Positions 8,161-16,722 of a stretch of 37,170 bases of DNA are shown here, piece after piece. Both the position numbers and the translations under genes were made by a program. The DNA is from a virus. Its lineage: Duplodnaviria; Caudoviricetes. The notes under the pieces were generated by a model. The model was given only the letters and a program-made list of their open reading frames with translations, made no database searches and was not told the DNA's origin. Position 1 is the first letter of the stretch; every line of letters begins with the position of its first letter. The DNA lies in IMG/VR virus record IMGVR_UViG_3300044259_000245, positions 1 through 37,170 of that record; one strand, written 5' to 3'.

Positions 8161-8906
8161 TTCATTTTCATGGGGGGACGATCACCCCTGATACATGTGC
8201 AATTAAGGCATGGCGTGCGCGCCATGCTTTTATTTCTTTTGCTAACCCAGCTCAAATAGGTCTAGCCAGTGAAATAACACAATCCTTTGCCATCGATAAT
8301 GGTGCGTTTACATTTTGGAAGTCAGGACGCGAGATTGATTGGTCTGCATATTATGAATTTATTGATAAGTGGAAAAATCATCCCCGTTTCGCATTCGCCA
8401 TTATCCCTGATGTTATTGGCGGTGGTGCCTGTGAAAATGATCGGCTAATTGAATCGTGGCCGCATGGTTCTATTGTCGGTGTCCCTGTCTGGCATATGAA
8501 TGAAAGTGAGCAACGATTCATTGAATTATGTAAGTCATTCCCTCGCGTGGCTATCGGGTCATGTGGTGAATATGACGTGAGAAAACCCGCTAAGGCGTTG
8601 ATGAAATTACGTGATGTCATTCGTCATGTTGTTGATGAGAACGGTTATCCAATATGTAAATTACATGGCCTGAGAATGCTAAATCGTGCGGTGTTTACAC
8701 ACATTCCGTTATCATCGGCAGACAGTACGAATATAGCGCGAAATATTGGCATCGATAAAAACTGGAAGGGTTCATATTCTCCAGCCAGTAAAGAAACTCG
8801 TGCTCATGTTTTGGCTGAACGTATTGAGTCACATAACAGCGCGTCCTCCCTCAACTACTGCGAAGAAAAAGACCGCTTTCAACCGCAACTGGCTTTTGAA
8901 CTATGA
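8157..8906 (+). CDS. Hypothetical protein with tRNA-guanine-transglycosylase/DpdA-like motifs
   Basis: Ordered motifs IDNGAF, IPDVIG, PVWH, RVAIGS, KLHGL and SADST. Overlap-coupled to both neighbours. More AT-rich than its flanks. Confidence 0.6.
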   Translation: MIHFHGGTITPDTCAIKAWRARHAFISFANPAQIGLASEITQSFAIDNGAFTFWKSGREIDWSAYYEFIDKWKNHPRFAFAIIPDVIGGGACENDRLIESWPHGSIVGVPVWHMNESEQRFIELCKSFPRVAIGSCGEYDVRKPAKALMKLRDVIRHVVDENGYPICKLHGLRMLNRAVFTHIPLSSADSTNIARNIGIDKNWKGSYSPASKETRAHVLAERIESHNSASSLNYCEEKDRFQPQLAFEL

Positions 8907-11149
8907 GCCCGGAGATTCAAAAGCCAGCCCAATGGGCGCATCCGTGGAACGCCCCCCGCCCGGCCATCGTACCAGAGGAGAGGCAGCTTACCCGTGAGGA
9001 ATGGACTCAGGGGCAAGCCGTTTTAACCAAAATTAACCAGCAACCGCACTTCCTGCGGGAAATCTGCCTGAAACGTTACGCGTACCTGAAAAAAAATAAA
9101 GGGATGCTCACCGCTAATCGTTTTCTGACTAACAGCTTTATGCAGCGCATGTGGCCGCGTATCGATGCAATCAATACCCGCCATGCCATGAATCGCAATG
9201 CTTCCGAGCGTTTCCTGTCTGAATCTGACGCCTATCAAACGTTGCCCGGCATGAATGACAAGGCGCTGGGGCGTCTGGCTGCGCGCATTTCCGGCCAGAT
9301 ATTTTCGGCGTATGAAGAATTGAGCGATGCAATGAAAGCGCAACACGGCGGCCAGCCTGATGCGCTCTTTACCGATGCAGCACAGGCCGAGCTTTTCGGA
9401 CATGTCGCCAGAATGGCTCGTGCCTTCAATATCACCCCGCTTTTCTGGAAGAAATACCTCAAAGGTAAGCTGAATATACGCAAGGCAATAGCCAGCCTAC
9501 GCCGACTGTTTAATGAAGAATGGTGGGTTCGCCAGCTTAAAGCCCAGCGCACACGCTGGCGTGAGGCACTGATGATTGCCGTCGGGCAGGTCAGTAAAAA
9601 GGCGTCACCGTATGCCAGCAAGATGGCGATCCGCGATGTACAGGCGCGTCGCCTTGCCAACATGGATTACCTGAAAAGTTGTGAGCTGGAGAACGTCGCA
9701 ACCGGTGAACGCATCGACCTGATCGACAAAGTGATGGCAAGTATTTCTAACCCGGAAATCCGCCGTATGGAGCTGATGAGCACCATCGCCGGAGTGGAGC
9801 GTTACGCCAGCGAACAGCGAGACGTCGGGATGTTTATCACCATCACCACCCCATCTAAATATCACCCGACCCGCGTGATCGGAAAAGGCGAAAAAGAGAC
9901 AGTTCAGTTCAATCGGAGTTGGGACGGTGAAGCGTTTACGCCAAAAGACGGCCAGCGCTATCTGGTCAAAATTTGGAGCAAGATGCGCACGGCATTTAAA
10001 GATGCAGACCTGAAAGTTTACGGGATGCGCGTTGTCGAACCTCATCACGACGGGACACCACACTGGCACATGATGCTGTTTTGCAAGCGCGCACATCGCC
10101 AGTCAGTCATCGATATTATGCGCCGCTACGCCCTGAAAGAAGACGGCGACGAACGCGGCGCGGCTAAGTACCGCTTTGAATGTAAGCACCTCAACAAGGG
10201 CGGTGCGGCTGGCTATATCGCTAAGTACATCGCCAAGAATATCGATGGGTACGCGCTCGACGGTCAACTGGACGACGAAACAGGAAAGCCACTGCGTGAT
10301 GTGGCCGCCGCCGTCACCGCGTGGGCGTCAACGTGGCGTATCCCCCAATTTAAAACTATCGGTGTTCCCACGATGGGCGCTTACCGTGAATGCCGCAGTA
10401 GCCCATTGCGTACCGTCAATCTCACTGACCAGTTCGATGAGCAAGTCGAAGCCGTTCGTTGTGCTGCCGACGCTGGCGACTTTGCCGCATACATGGCCGC
10501 ACAAGGCGGCGCGAATGTTTCCCGCGAACTGCAAACGGTGCGTGTTGCGCGCCGGATATCTGATCAGCTCAACGAGTATGACGAAGAGGTGCAAAAGGTG
10601 GTCGGGATTTTCGCCCCGCATTTGGGCGCGGGTCATGTTTTTGAAACCCGGACAACCGAGTGGCGCATTGTTTCTAAAGCCGTTGAAGTTCAGCCTTTGA
10701 CTTTAAAAAGCGCCCCCGGCGCGCCTCGGAGTCCTGTCAATAACTGTGGGTTGGGTTCTCAACGGTCGGGCGCAAATGTCAAAACGCAGGACGAAAACAG
10801 CGGCATAGCGACGACATCAGAAACCGATAACCCACCGATTGACTGGAATGACGACGCGGCTGTGAGGGCGCTAGGAATGCGTCTGCGTGAGCAATCAGTC
10901 AGGAAGAATCATAAACAGCGCGACTTTAACCCCAATACCCTCCGCGATCCGTCACCGTCAGCCAGATTAACGGGCGAAGAACGGGACCGGATACCCCGTA
11001 TCCAGCGTGATTTGATGCAGCGCGGTATCAGTGTTCAACGCTGGGAGCTGGAAGCGCTGGCGCGTGGGGCAAAGATGAAGGTTGACGGCGAACTTATTTC
11101 ATACCCGGCAGCTGATGAGTGGCCGGGGTTTAGTAATCAGATGGAATAA
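8903..11149 (+). CDS. A: P2 gpA rolling-circle replication initiator (HUH endonuclease)
   Basis: TITTPSKYH, EPHHDGTPHWH and the twin-Tyr motif YIAKYIAKN. Confidence 0.97.
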   Translation: MSPEIQKPAQWAHPWNAPRPAIVPEERQLTREEWTQGQAVLTKINQQPHFLREICLKRYAYLKKNKGMLTANRFLTNSFMQRMWPRIDAINTRHAMNRNASERFLSESDAYQTLPGMNDKALGRLAARISGQIFSAYEELSDAMKAQHGGQPDALFTDAAQAELFGHVARMARAFNITPLFWKKYLKGKLNIRKAIASLRRLFNEEWWVRQLKAQRTRWREALMIAVGQVSKKASPYASKMAIRDVQARRLANMDYLKSCELENVATGERIDLIDKVMASISNPEIRRMELMSTIAGVERYASEQRDVGMFITITTPSKYHPTRVIGKGEKETVQFNRSWDGEAFTPKDGQRYLVKIWSKMRTAFKDADLKVYGMRVVEPHHDGTPHWHMMLFCKRAHRQSVIDIMRRYALKEDGDERGAAKYRFECKHLNKGGAAGYIAKYIAKNIDGYALDGQLDDETGKPLRDVAAAVTAWASTWRIPQFKTIGVPTMGAYRECRSSPLRTVNLTDQFDEQVEAVRCAADAGDFAAYMAAQGGANVSRELQTVRVARRISDQLNEYDEEVQKVVGIFAPHLGAGHVFETRTTEWRIVSKAVEVQPLTLKSAPGAPRSPVNNCGLGSQRSGANVKTQDENSGIATTSETDNPPIDWNDDAAVRALGMRLREQSVRKNHKQRDFNPNTLRDPSPSARLTGEERDRIPRIQRDLMQRGISVQRWELEALARGAKMKVDGELISYPAADEWPGFSNQME
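10721..10749 (+). other. P2-type replication origin (nick site) inside gene A
   Basis: GCGCCTCGGAGTCCTGTCAATAACTGTGG matches the P2 ori sequence as recalled. Confidence 0.9.
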
Positions 11150-11150
11150 A

Positions 11151-11366
11151 ATGCCTAAATCCCCCATCGAACGTAAAGCCGCCCAGCGCGCACGCCTGCG
11201 TGATGCTGATCTACAGCAAAAAATAGCGATACTAAATCAGCGTAAATACCAGAAATGCTGGGAGAAATTCCCTGTTGCTGAGAGCTGCCTGTCCGGTACA
11301 TCTGAGTTTCGGAATACACAAGGGTGGCATTCTTTAAAGAAGATTCTAAGACATGCCACTACGTGA
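11151..11366 (+). pseudogene. Probably internally deleted homolog of the small gene that follows A in P2-like phages
   Basis: Begins MPKSPIERKAAQRAR and jumps directly to a degenerate Cys-rich end (KCWEKFPVAESC…GWHSLK). The middle part appears to be missing. Confidence 0.5.
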
Positions 11367-11472
11367 AATGTTTTACTGAACGTGTCACTCAGCTTTAGTC
11401 TCATCTGAAACATAACTAGTCAGTCAAAAGTAGCACACTGAGTGACTGACGAAAATTTTAACCTATAAAGCA

Positions 11473-11488
11473 CTATGTATAAAAACAG
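11473..11488 (+). promoter_or_regulatory. Degenerate LexA (SOS) box upstream of the tum-like gene
   Basis: CTATGTATAAAAACAG: CTG-N10-CAG geometry with CTG changed to CTA. Confidence 0.5.
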
Positions 11489-11510
11489 TAGAATAAGGAA
11501 GTGGTACCAC

Positions 11511-11732
11511 GTGGAAGATACAGAGCACATACAAGTCGTGTTGTCGCGGGTTCAGTTAATCGCTGACATATCATTAGTGGCTCAGTGCGATGTTGACGAA
11601 TTAAAAACCGCGATGTCAATCATTGCGGATTTGGCGAACGGCACGATAGAAACCAGAGAGTATCGAGAGATTAGTGACAAGTCGGAACTGGTCGAATACC
11701 TGAAAAAACGATTAGAGGATGCCGTCTTCTAG
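11511..11732 (+). CDS. Tum-like (186 antirepressor N-domain-like) small protein
   Basis: GTG start after AAGGA. VVLSRVQLIADI…AMSIIADLA resembles the 186 Tum N-terminus. Lies between A and cos, behind an SOS-like box. Confidence 0.55.
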   Translation: MEDTEHIQVVLSRVQLIADISLVAQCDVDELKTAMSIIADLANGTIETREYREISDKSELVEYLKKRLEDAVF

Positions 11733-11859
11733 ACATGCATGCATAACCCGCATGATTTTGCATGATGATCTACTGCCTATTTATCCCTGTTAACGCCATA
11801 GCTGGCGCGGATCGCGCTGGATCGTGCGAGTGCATGAAAAGCGACACACAAAGCGGGCA

Positions 11860-11878
11860 GGCGTGGCGGGGATAGCAT
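11860..11878 (+). other. cos site (19-nt cohesive end)
   Basis: GGCGTGGCGGGGATAGCAT versus P2 GGCGAGGCGGGGAAAGCAC. Preceded by the GCATG-rich segment at about 11733-11840. Confidence 0.9.
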
Positions 11879-11999
11879 TGCGCGCGAGGGGAGCATAGTG
11901 TGTGTCAGTGTCAAGTGGGAATACACATGAGAACAGAACAATGAAACGGTGAAAATCCATTAGAAAACATCTGAGTGCATTTGGTTGCCACACAAAAAA

Positions 12000-12029
12000 C
12001 TGTATATAACAACAGTACTGTGCTATATT
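12000..12029 (+). promoter_or_regulatory. LexA box overlapping the putative promoter of the kinase-HIRAN operon
   Basis: CTGTATATAACAACAG (12000-12015) fits CTGT-N8-ACAG. Extended -10 TGcTATATT at 12021-12029. Confidence 0.75.
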
Positions 12030-12107
12030 TAATAGCAGTTGGGAATTACCCTACTTGCCTGTAGAATATCGGCCCTCGACTTCAGGTGAAGAATGTAGGG
12101 ATGCGTA

Positions 12108-13031
12108 ATGTCATATGATTTCATACAGTTCATCACGCCGGTAGCTAGCGACATTGAGCAGTTAGGAACTAAAGAGAAATTTTGGTTCCACTATGTTAAT
12201 AAAGAGACCAACCCATGGTTGTTTAAGTATTCAAGGGCTGATACTGGTGAACATTGGTCTGAAAAATGTGCTGCTGAATTGTGTCATTTATTGGGTATCC
12301 CGCATGCTGACTATGAGTTAGCACAAGCACATGGTCGGTTAGGGATCATCTCGCCCAATATGATTCCAGACCAGTTTCGCATGGTAATGGGGAATGAAGT
12401 CCTGCATAGTACTTCAACTGATTACCCTGAACCAATCCAACCTGGCGAAAAACCTGTTCGGGTCAGAGAGCATACAGTTAGCAGAGTACTAGCCTGTTTA
12501 GACAGGCAAGCAATACAGTCACCACTTTGTTCGTATGATCTTACTGGGCTTAATGCTGCTGATGTTTTTTGTGGCTACCTCATGCTCGATGCACTAATAG
12601 GCAATCAAGACAGGCACCATGAAAATTGGGCAATTATGCTCAATAATGAAACAGGAGAACAATTTTTATGTCCTACATACGATCATGCAGCAAGTTTAGG
12701 TAGAGAACTGGTCGATACCGAGCGTCAAGAACGATTTAGCTCTCGTGATAGAAACCGCCAGATACCATATTTCGTTAGAAGAGCAAGGTCAGAGCTTTTC
12801 AAAACAAAAACAGACAAACGACCATTGCTTACAGTAGATGCATATAGGCAATCTGTTATCGGCAGAGATGTGGCCAACCAACATTGGCTTTCTCAGTTGC
12901 ACAGCTTGTCAGAAGAATCTATAGCCAAGGTTTTCAATGATGTGCCAGCAGAATGCATTTCTGAGAGCGCACGAAGATTCGCAACCTTGATGGTTATAGA
13001 AAACAGAAGAAGGCTTTTAGAAGATGAATAA
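12108..13031 (+). CDS. HipA-like Ser/Thr kinase (core domain only)
   Basis: LGTKEK loop, LFK, SEKCA, catalytic DALIGNQDRHHENW and PTYDHAASLG. Confidence 0.9.
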   Translation: MSYDFIQFITPVASDIEQLGTKEKFWFHYVNKETNPWLFKYSRADTGEHWSEKCAAELCHLLGIPHADYELAQAHGRLGIISPNMIPDQFRMVMGNEVLHSTSTDYPEPIQPGEKPVRVREHTVSRVLACLDRQAIQSPLCSYDLTGLNAADVFCGYLMLDALIGNQDRHHENWAIMLNNETGEQFLCPTYDHAASLGRELVDTERQERFSSRDRNRQIPYFVRRARSELFKTKTDKRPLLTVDAYRQSVIGRDVANQHWLSQLHSLSEESIAKVFNDVPAECISESARRFATLMVIENRRRLLEDE

Positions 13032-13764
13032 CTTTAACTCAGTTTATGTTGCATGGCAGGCGCCAGATACTCGCGACTGGCATGTCGTTGGTAACTTGCA
13101 GGAGCGTAAATCGGGTTATGTCTTCAAGTACACCAAAGGGGCACTCTCGTCAACCAAGTTCACTAAGTTCAGTGGAATGAATGACGTTAGCGAAACTTAC
13201 GTGTCGGAAGAATTATTCCCGTTATTCAAAAATCGACTGCTTTCCCCAAAGCGTCCAGAATATCCTCGCTTTATGTCTTGGCTAGGTCTTGATGATGAAG
13301 ACGCTAAGCCTATTGAGATTCTGGCACGTACTGGCGGTATGCGAAGTACAGATAATTTGCAGATTTTCAAGAAAATCGAACTTGAAGAAGATGGCAGCTT
13401 TGAACATTATTTCTTCCTTCATGGGCTCGGTTATCTTGATGAAAGGGCAAACCAACGAGTTTCCGAATTGAAGCCGGGCGAAGTGCTTAGGTTATGCTTG
13501 GATTTGCAAAATGCTTATGATTCGGAGGCTGTTGTAGTTCGCGCTGACAAACCAGCCGAGATTGTAGGGTATTGCCCTCGGTACTTTGCAACAGTAATCA
13601 AGAGCCTGCTGATTATCAATCCTAAAGCAGTTTCTTTAATGGTGGAGAAGATCAGTAATGACGCGCCGCATAACTACCGTTTGTTATGCAAAATCAAAGG
13701 ACACGTGTCTCACTCTCATCGAGAAATGTTCAACTTACACAATGAATTCGAGTTGATTGATTAA
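13024..13764 (+). CDS. HipS/HipA-N-like plus HIRAN domain protein
   Basis: N-terminal VVGNL…YVFKY…LFPLFKNRL segment and C-terminal HIRAN motifs NAYDSEAVVV…VGYCPR. 8-bp overlap with the kinase gene. Confidence 0.85.
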   Translation: MNNFNSVYVAWQAPDTRDWHVVGNLQERKSGYVFKYTKGALSSTKFTKFSGMNDVSETYVSEELFPLFKNRLLSPKRPEYPRFMSWLGLDDEDAKPIEILARTGGMRSTDNLQIFKKIELEEDGSFEHYFFLHGLGYLDERANQRVSELKPGEVLRLCLDLQNAYDSEAVVVRADKPAEIVGYCPRYFATVIKSLLIINPKAVSLMVEKISNDAPHNYRLLCKIKGHVSHSHREMFNLHNEFELID

Positions 13765-13765
13765 T

Positions 13766-13799
13766 AAAAAGGGTTCACCACACGGTGAACCCTTTTTTT
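13766..13799. terminator. Bidirectional Rho-independent terminator
   Basis: A5-GGGTTCACC-acac-GGTGAACCC-T7 between convergent genes. Confidence 0.9.
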
Positions 13800-13839
13800 A
13801 TTCTTCGGTAAGTTTATAGCTTCGGAAAGCAATTATTTC

Positions 13840-14817
13840 CTACCCAATAAGGTTGTTAATCTCCTTCATCCGTTCCTGTAGCGGCGTCAGCTCGTTCCTG
13901 ACAAATACCTGACTCGCCTTTTCCACATCCCCAAACCCGCCCGTATTATTCGGGATAATCCCCATCATCTGCGGCGGCACGCGGTGGGCGCTGAGCAGGT
14001 CATCACGGCTGGCATTCTTGATGTTAAAGAAGTCGTCTTTGGTTGCCACCTCGCTTAACGGCACAATCTTGATGCCGTCCGGCTTGCCATTGGGGGCGTA
14101 GAAAAACAGGTTCTTAAAATTCCCCAGCCCCTTTGTATTACTCATTGCGGCGCGTAACTTGTCTACGTCGGTGCCGCTTTGTGCCGCATCGGTCACATAC
14201 ATGATGTAACCCGCATGTGCGCCGTTCTGGTAATACTTGCGCCGGAACAGCGTCGCCGATTCGTTCAGCCATGCCGAGTTCAACGAGCTGATATATTCCG
14301 GCAGGCCGTACATTTCCTGATTGATATCCGGCTCCAGCAGATGGAACACGCTACCCGGTTCAAAGCGATGCGGCTCTTTGAATGACTGTACGAACCAGTA
14401 AACATCATCCTCTACCCCGCGCCGCGTGTATTTGGCCGGGCTAGACTCCAGCCGTAATAAGCCCCCTACCCGGTTCAGCCGCTTTTCCAGAAACGCATTA
14501 CCAAACACCAGATAGTCGAGCGCAAAGCGGCTAAAATCCTGCTGACTCAATAGCGGGTGAGGAATAAACGTGCTCGCCAGAATGTTACGCTTCACGTAAA
14601 TCGGTGAGCTGTGGTGTACCGCCGCACGCAGGCTTTTAGCCAGACCGCTAAAGCTGATCGGCGGCTCAATCCATCGGCCATTATGGATGCATTCGGCATA
14701 GTCCAGAATGTCACGGCGATCCAGAACGGCGGACGGTTCACCGAAAGTGAATGCCTCTATCGGCTGTGCCTGGCTGACGGGTGCTGATGTTGGCTGGCGA
14801 TATTTACGCTTTTTCAT
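13840..14817 (-). CDS. Q: Portal protein (P2 gpQ), with a premature amber stop near the C-terminus
   Basis: EAFTFGEP, AVHHSSPIYVKRNIL and AHRVPPQMMG motifs. The frame continues EIIAFRSYKLTEE after the TAG to a TAA at 13798-13800. Confidence 0.95.
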   Translation of the reverse strand: MKKRKYRQPTSAPVSQAQPIEAFTFGEPSAVLDRRDILDYAECIHNGRWIEPPISFSGLAKSLRAAVHHSSPIYVKRNILASTFIPHPLLSQQDFSRFALDYLVFGNAFLEKRLNRVGGLLRLESSPAKYTRRGVEDDVYWFVQSFKEPHRFEPGSVFHLLEPDINQEMYGLPEYISSLNSAWLNESATLFRRKYYQNGAHAGYIMYVTDAAQSGTDVDKLRAAMSNTKGLGNFKNLFFYAPNGKPDGIKIVPLSEVATKDDFFNIKNASRDDLLSAHRVPPQMMGIIPNNTGGFGDVEKASQVFVRNELTPLQERMKEINNLIG

Positions 14818-16583
14818 TCGTTAAAATCCAAAATGCTGACAGGGACATGACCGTTAATCGCGGTCAGGGGTTCGTTTAACAGCGCGTGCATGGTTGCCCA
14901 TGCCACATCGGCGTGGCTGATTTCTTCGCTACGGCTGGCTTCATAGGTGGTGCGGTTACCGCTGGCCGTCATGGTTTTGCGTATGGCCATAAACGATTGA
15001 GTGATGTCGGTGTGGCTGGTGTCGTACTCCAGCCGCCCGCTGGTGATGGTGTCTTTGGCTTTCAGCACCATCGCGGTTTTGATTTCTGGTGAGTATTTGA
15101 TTTCGCGTGCTGCGGGGAAGAAGCCGCGCACAAGCTGGTAAACGCCCTGACCGATGCCGGTTGCATCGATGCCGATGTATTCAACGATGTATTTTTCCGT
15201 CAGCAGCTTGATAGCCTCGGCCTGTGCGGCAAAATCCATGCCTTTCCACTGGAAGCGCTCCAGAATGCGGAATTTACCGCCCGGTGCCTGCGGCGGTGCC
15301 AGCACCACACAGCCCGCGCTGTCGCCTGTGTGTGACGGGTCGTAACCAATCCAGACAGGTTTATAGGCAAACGGGCGCAGCGCGTAGGGGTTGAAGTCCT
15401 CCCACTCTTCCAGCGCATCGACCATACAGCGCTGTAATTCCTCAAACGGGAATACAGACGCCTTATCATCAACAAACTCGCACATCAGCAGGTTTTGATA
15501 TTCTGCCGGGCTGTATTCCAGCGTGAGTTGGTCAAGGTCGAACAGGTTACAGCCCCCTGCCAGCGCATCTTCTACCGTCACAATCTGCCGCCACTGGCCG
15601 TCACCGCACAGCACGCCGCCAGAAAGGTTGGCATGGCTTAAATCCAGATGGAGGTGATCAGCCTTGTTACTGCGCCCCTTGTTGAATAGCTCACCCGACC
15701 AGAACGGATAGGCGCTGTGTGCAAGACTCGACGGCGTGGAAAAATAGGTTGAACGCCATTTCTTGTGCAACGACATGCCGCTGGCGACCTTGCGCAGCTC
15801 CTGAAACTTGGGGATCCAGAAATATTCATCCAGATACAGGTTTCCGGTGTAGCTCTGCGCGGTGCGAATGTTTGTGCCGAGGAAGAACAGGCGCGCCCCG
15901 TTGGGCAGCACCATCGGATCGCCTTTCAGGTCAACATCGACCAGCCGGGCAAAGTCGATGATGTAGTTTTTAAAGACGTGCGCCTGTGCCTTACTAGCGC
16001 TGAGGAAGATCTGATTGCGCCCGGTGGTGAGCGCATCGATAAGAGCTTCACGCGCAAAATAGAACGTCGCCCCAATCTGGCGCGATTTCAGGATATTGCG
16101 GATACGGTGCTGTAGCCCGGCCTGATGCCAGCCGCGCTGGTACTCGAAAATCTCACTCAGGAAAATGTCGTTCAGCTTCTCGATAGCCGACTCGCTGAAC
16201 AGGTTCTTTTCTGGTGCCTTACGTTCACCCTTGTTGCGGTTGCGAACGTTGGGATTGAGATCGGCCTCGTTACCCGTCTGGCTGTAGCGGTTCACCCGCG
16301 CCAGCCGCTCAATCTGACGGCCTAACAGGTCAATCTCTTTATAGTCATGCCCCTCCTTTTTCGTCTTCATGATGAGCTGGATCAACCGCGCTTCCAGACT
16401 GGCTTCAACACGCGATACCGGGGCGATAGCGTCCCAGCCGTCGCGCTGCTTCCAGCTCTGAACGGTCGGCGTTTTCTGGTTCAGCATTTCTCCAATCTGA
16501 CGCACCGAAAAGCCCTGCCAGTAGAGCAAAGCCGCCTGTCGCCGTGGGTCGCTGATGATGGTGGTATCGATGGCTGTATTCAT
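14814..16583 (-). CDS. P: Terminase ATPase subunit (P2 gpP)
   Basis: LKSRQIGAT (Walker A-like), LYLDEYFW (Walker B) and GYDPS nuclease-domain motif. Confidence 0.97.
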   Translation of the reverse strand: MNTAIDTTIISDPRRQAALLYWQGFSVRQIGEMLNQKTPTVQSWKQRDGWDAIAPVSRVEASLEARLIQLIMKTKKEGHDYKEIDLLGRQIERLARVNRYSQTGNEADLNPNVRNRNKGERKAPEKNLFSESAIEKLNDIFLSEIFEYQRGWHQAGLQHRIRNILKSRQIGATFYFAREALIDALTTGRNQIFLSASKAQAHVFKNYIIDFARLVDVDLKGDPMVLPNGARLFFLGTNIRTAQSYTGNLYLDEYFWIPKFQELRKVASGMSLHKKWRSTYFSTPSSLAHSAYPFWSGELFNKGRSNKADHLHLDLSHANLSGGVLCGDGQWRQIVTVEDALAGGCNLFDLDQLTLEYSPAEYQNLLMCEFVDDKASVFPFEELQRCMVDALEEWEDFNPYALRPFAYKPVWIGYDPSHTGDSAGCVVLAPPQAPGGKFRILERFQWKGMDFAAQAEAIKLLTEKYIVEYIGIDATGIGQGVYQLVRGFFPAAREIKYSPEIKTAMVLKAKDTITSGRLEYDTSHTDITQSFMAIRKTMTASGNRTTYEASRSEEISHADVAWATMHALLNEPLTAINGHVPVSILDFNE

Positions 16584-16628
16584 GACGGCAAGGCTACGTC
16601 AGCGCCGCCCCTCCCCGCCTTAAGTGCC

Positions 16629-16649
16629 TGTTGTGCCAGCGGTTAGCAA
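16629..16649. promoter_or_regulatory. Putative Ogr-activated late promoter element between P and O
   Basis: TGTTGTGCCAGCG is identical to 29279-29291 upstream of FI. Only a partial TGT-N12-ACA dyad. Confidence 0.55.
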
Positions 16650-16722
16650 ACCGTGATTGATGGCGCGCCATAGTGTCACGCCGGATACTCGCCCCGACTT
16701 CCCGCAAACAACGGATGAGAAA

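Noticed and set aside
11384-11450. Short inverted repeats (GTCACTCAG/CTGAGTGAC, GTCAGTCA/TGACTGAC)
   Set aside because: Only 8-9 bp and widely spaced; no function can be supported from the sequence.
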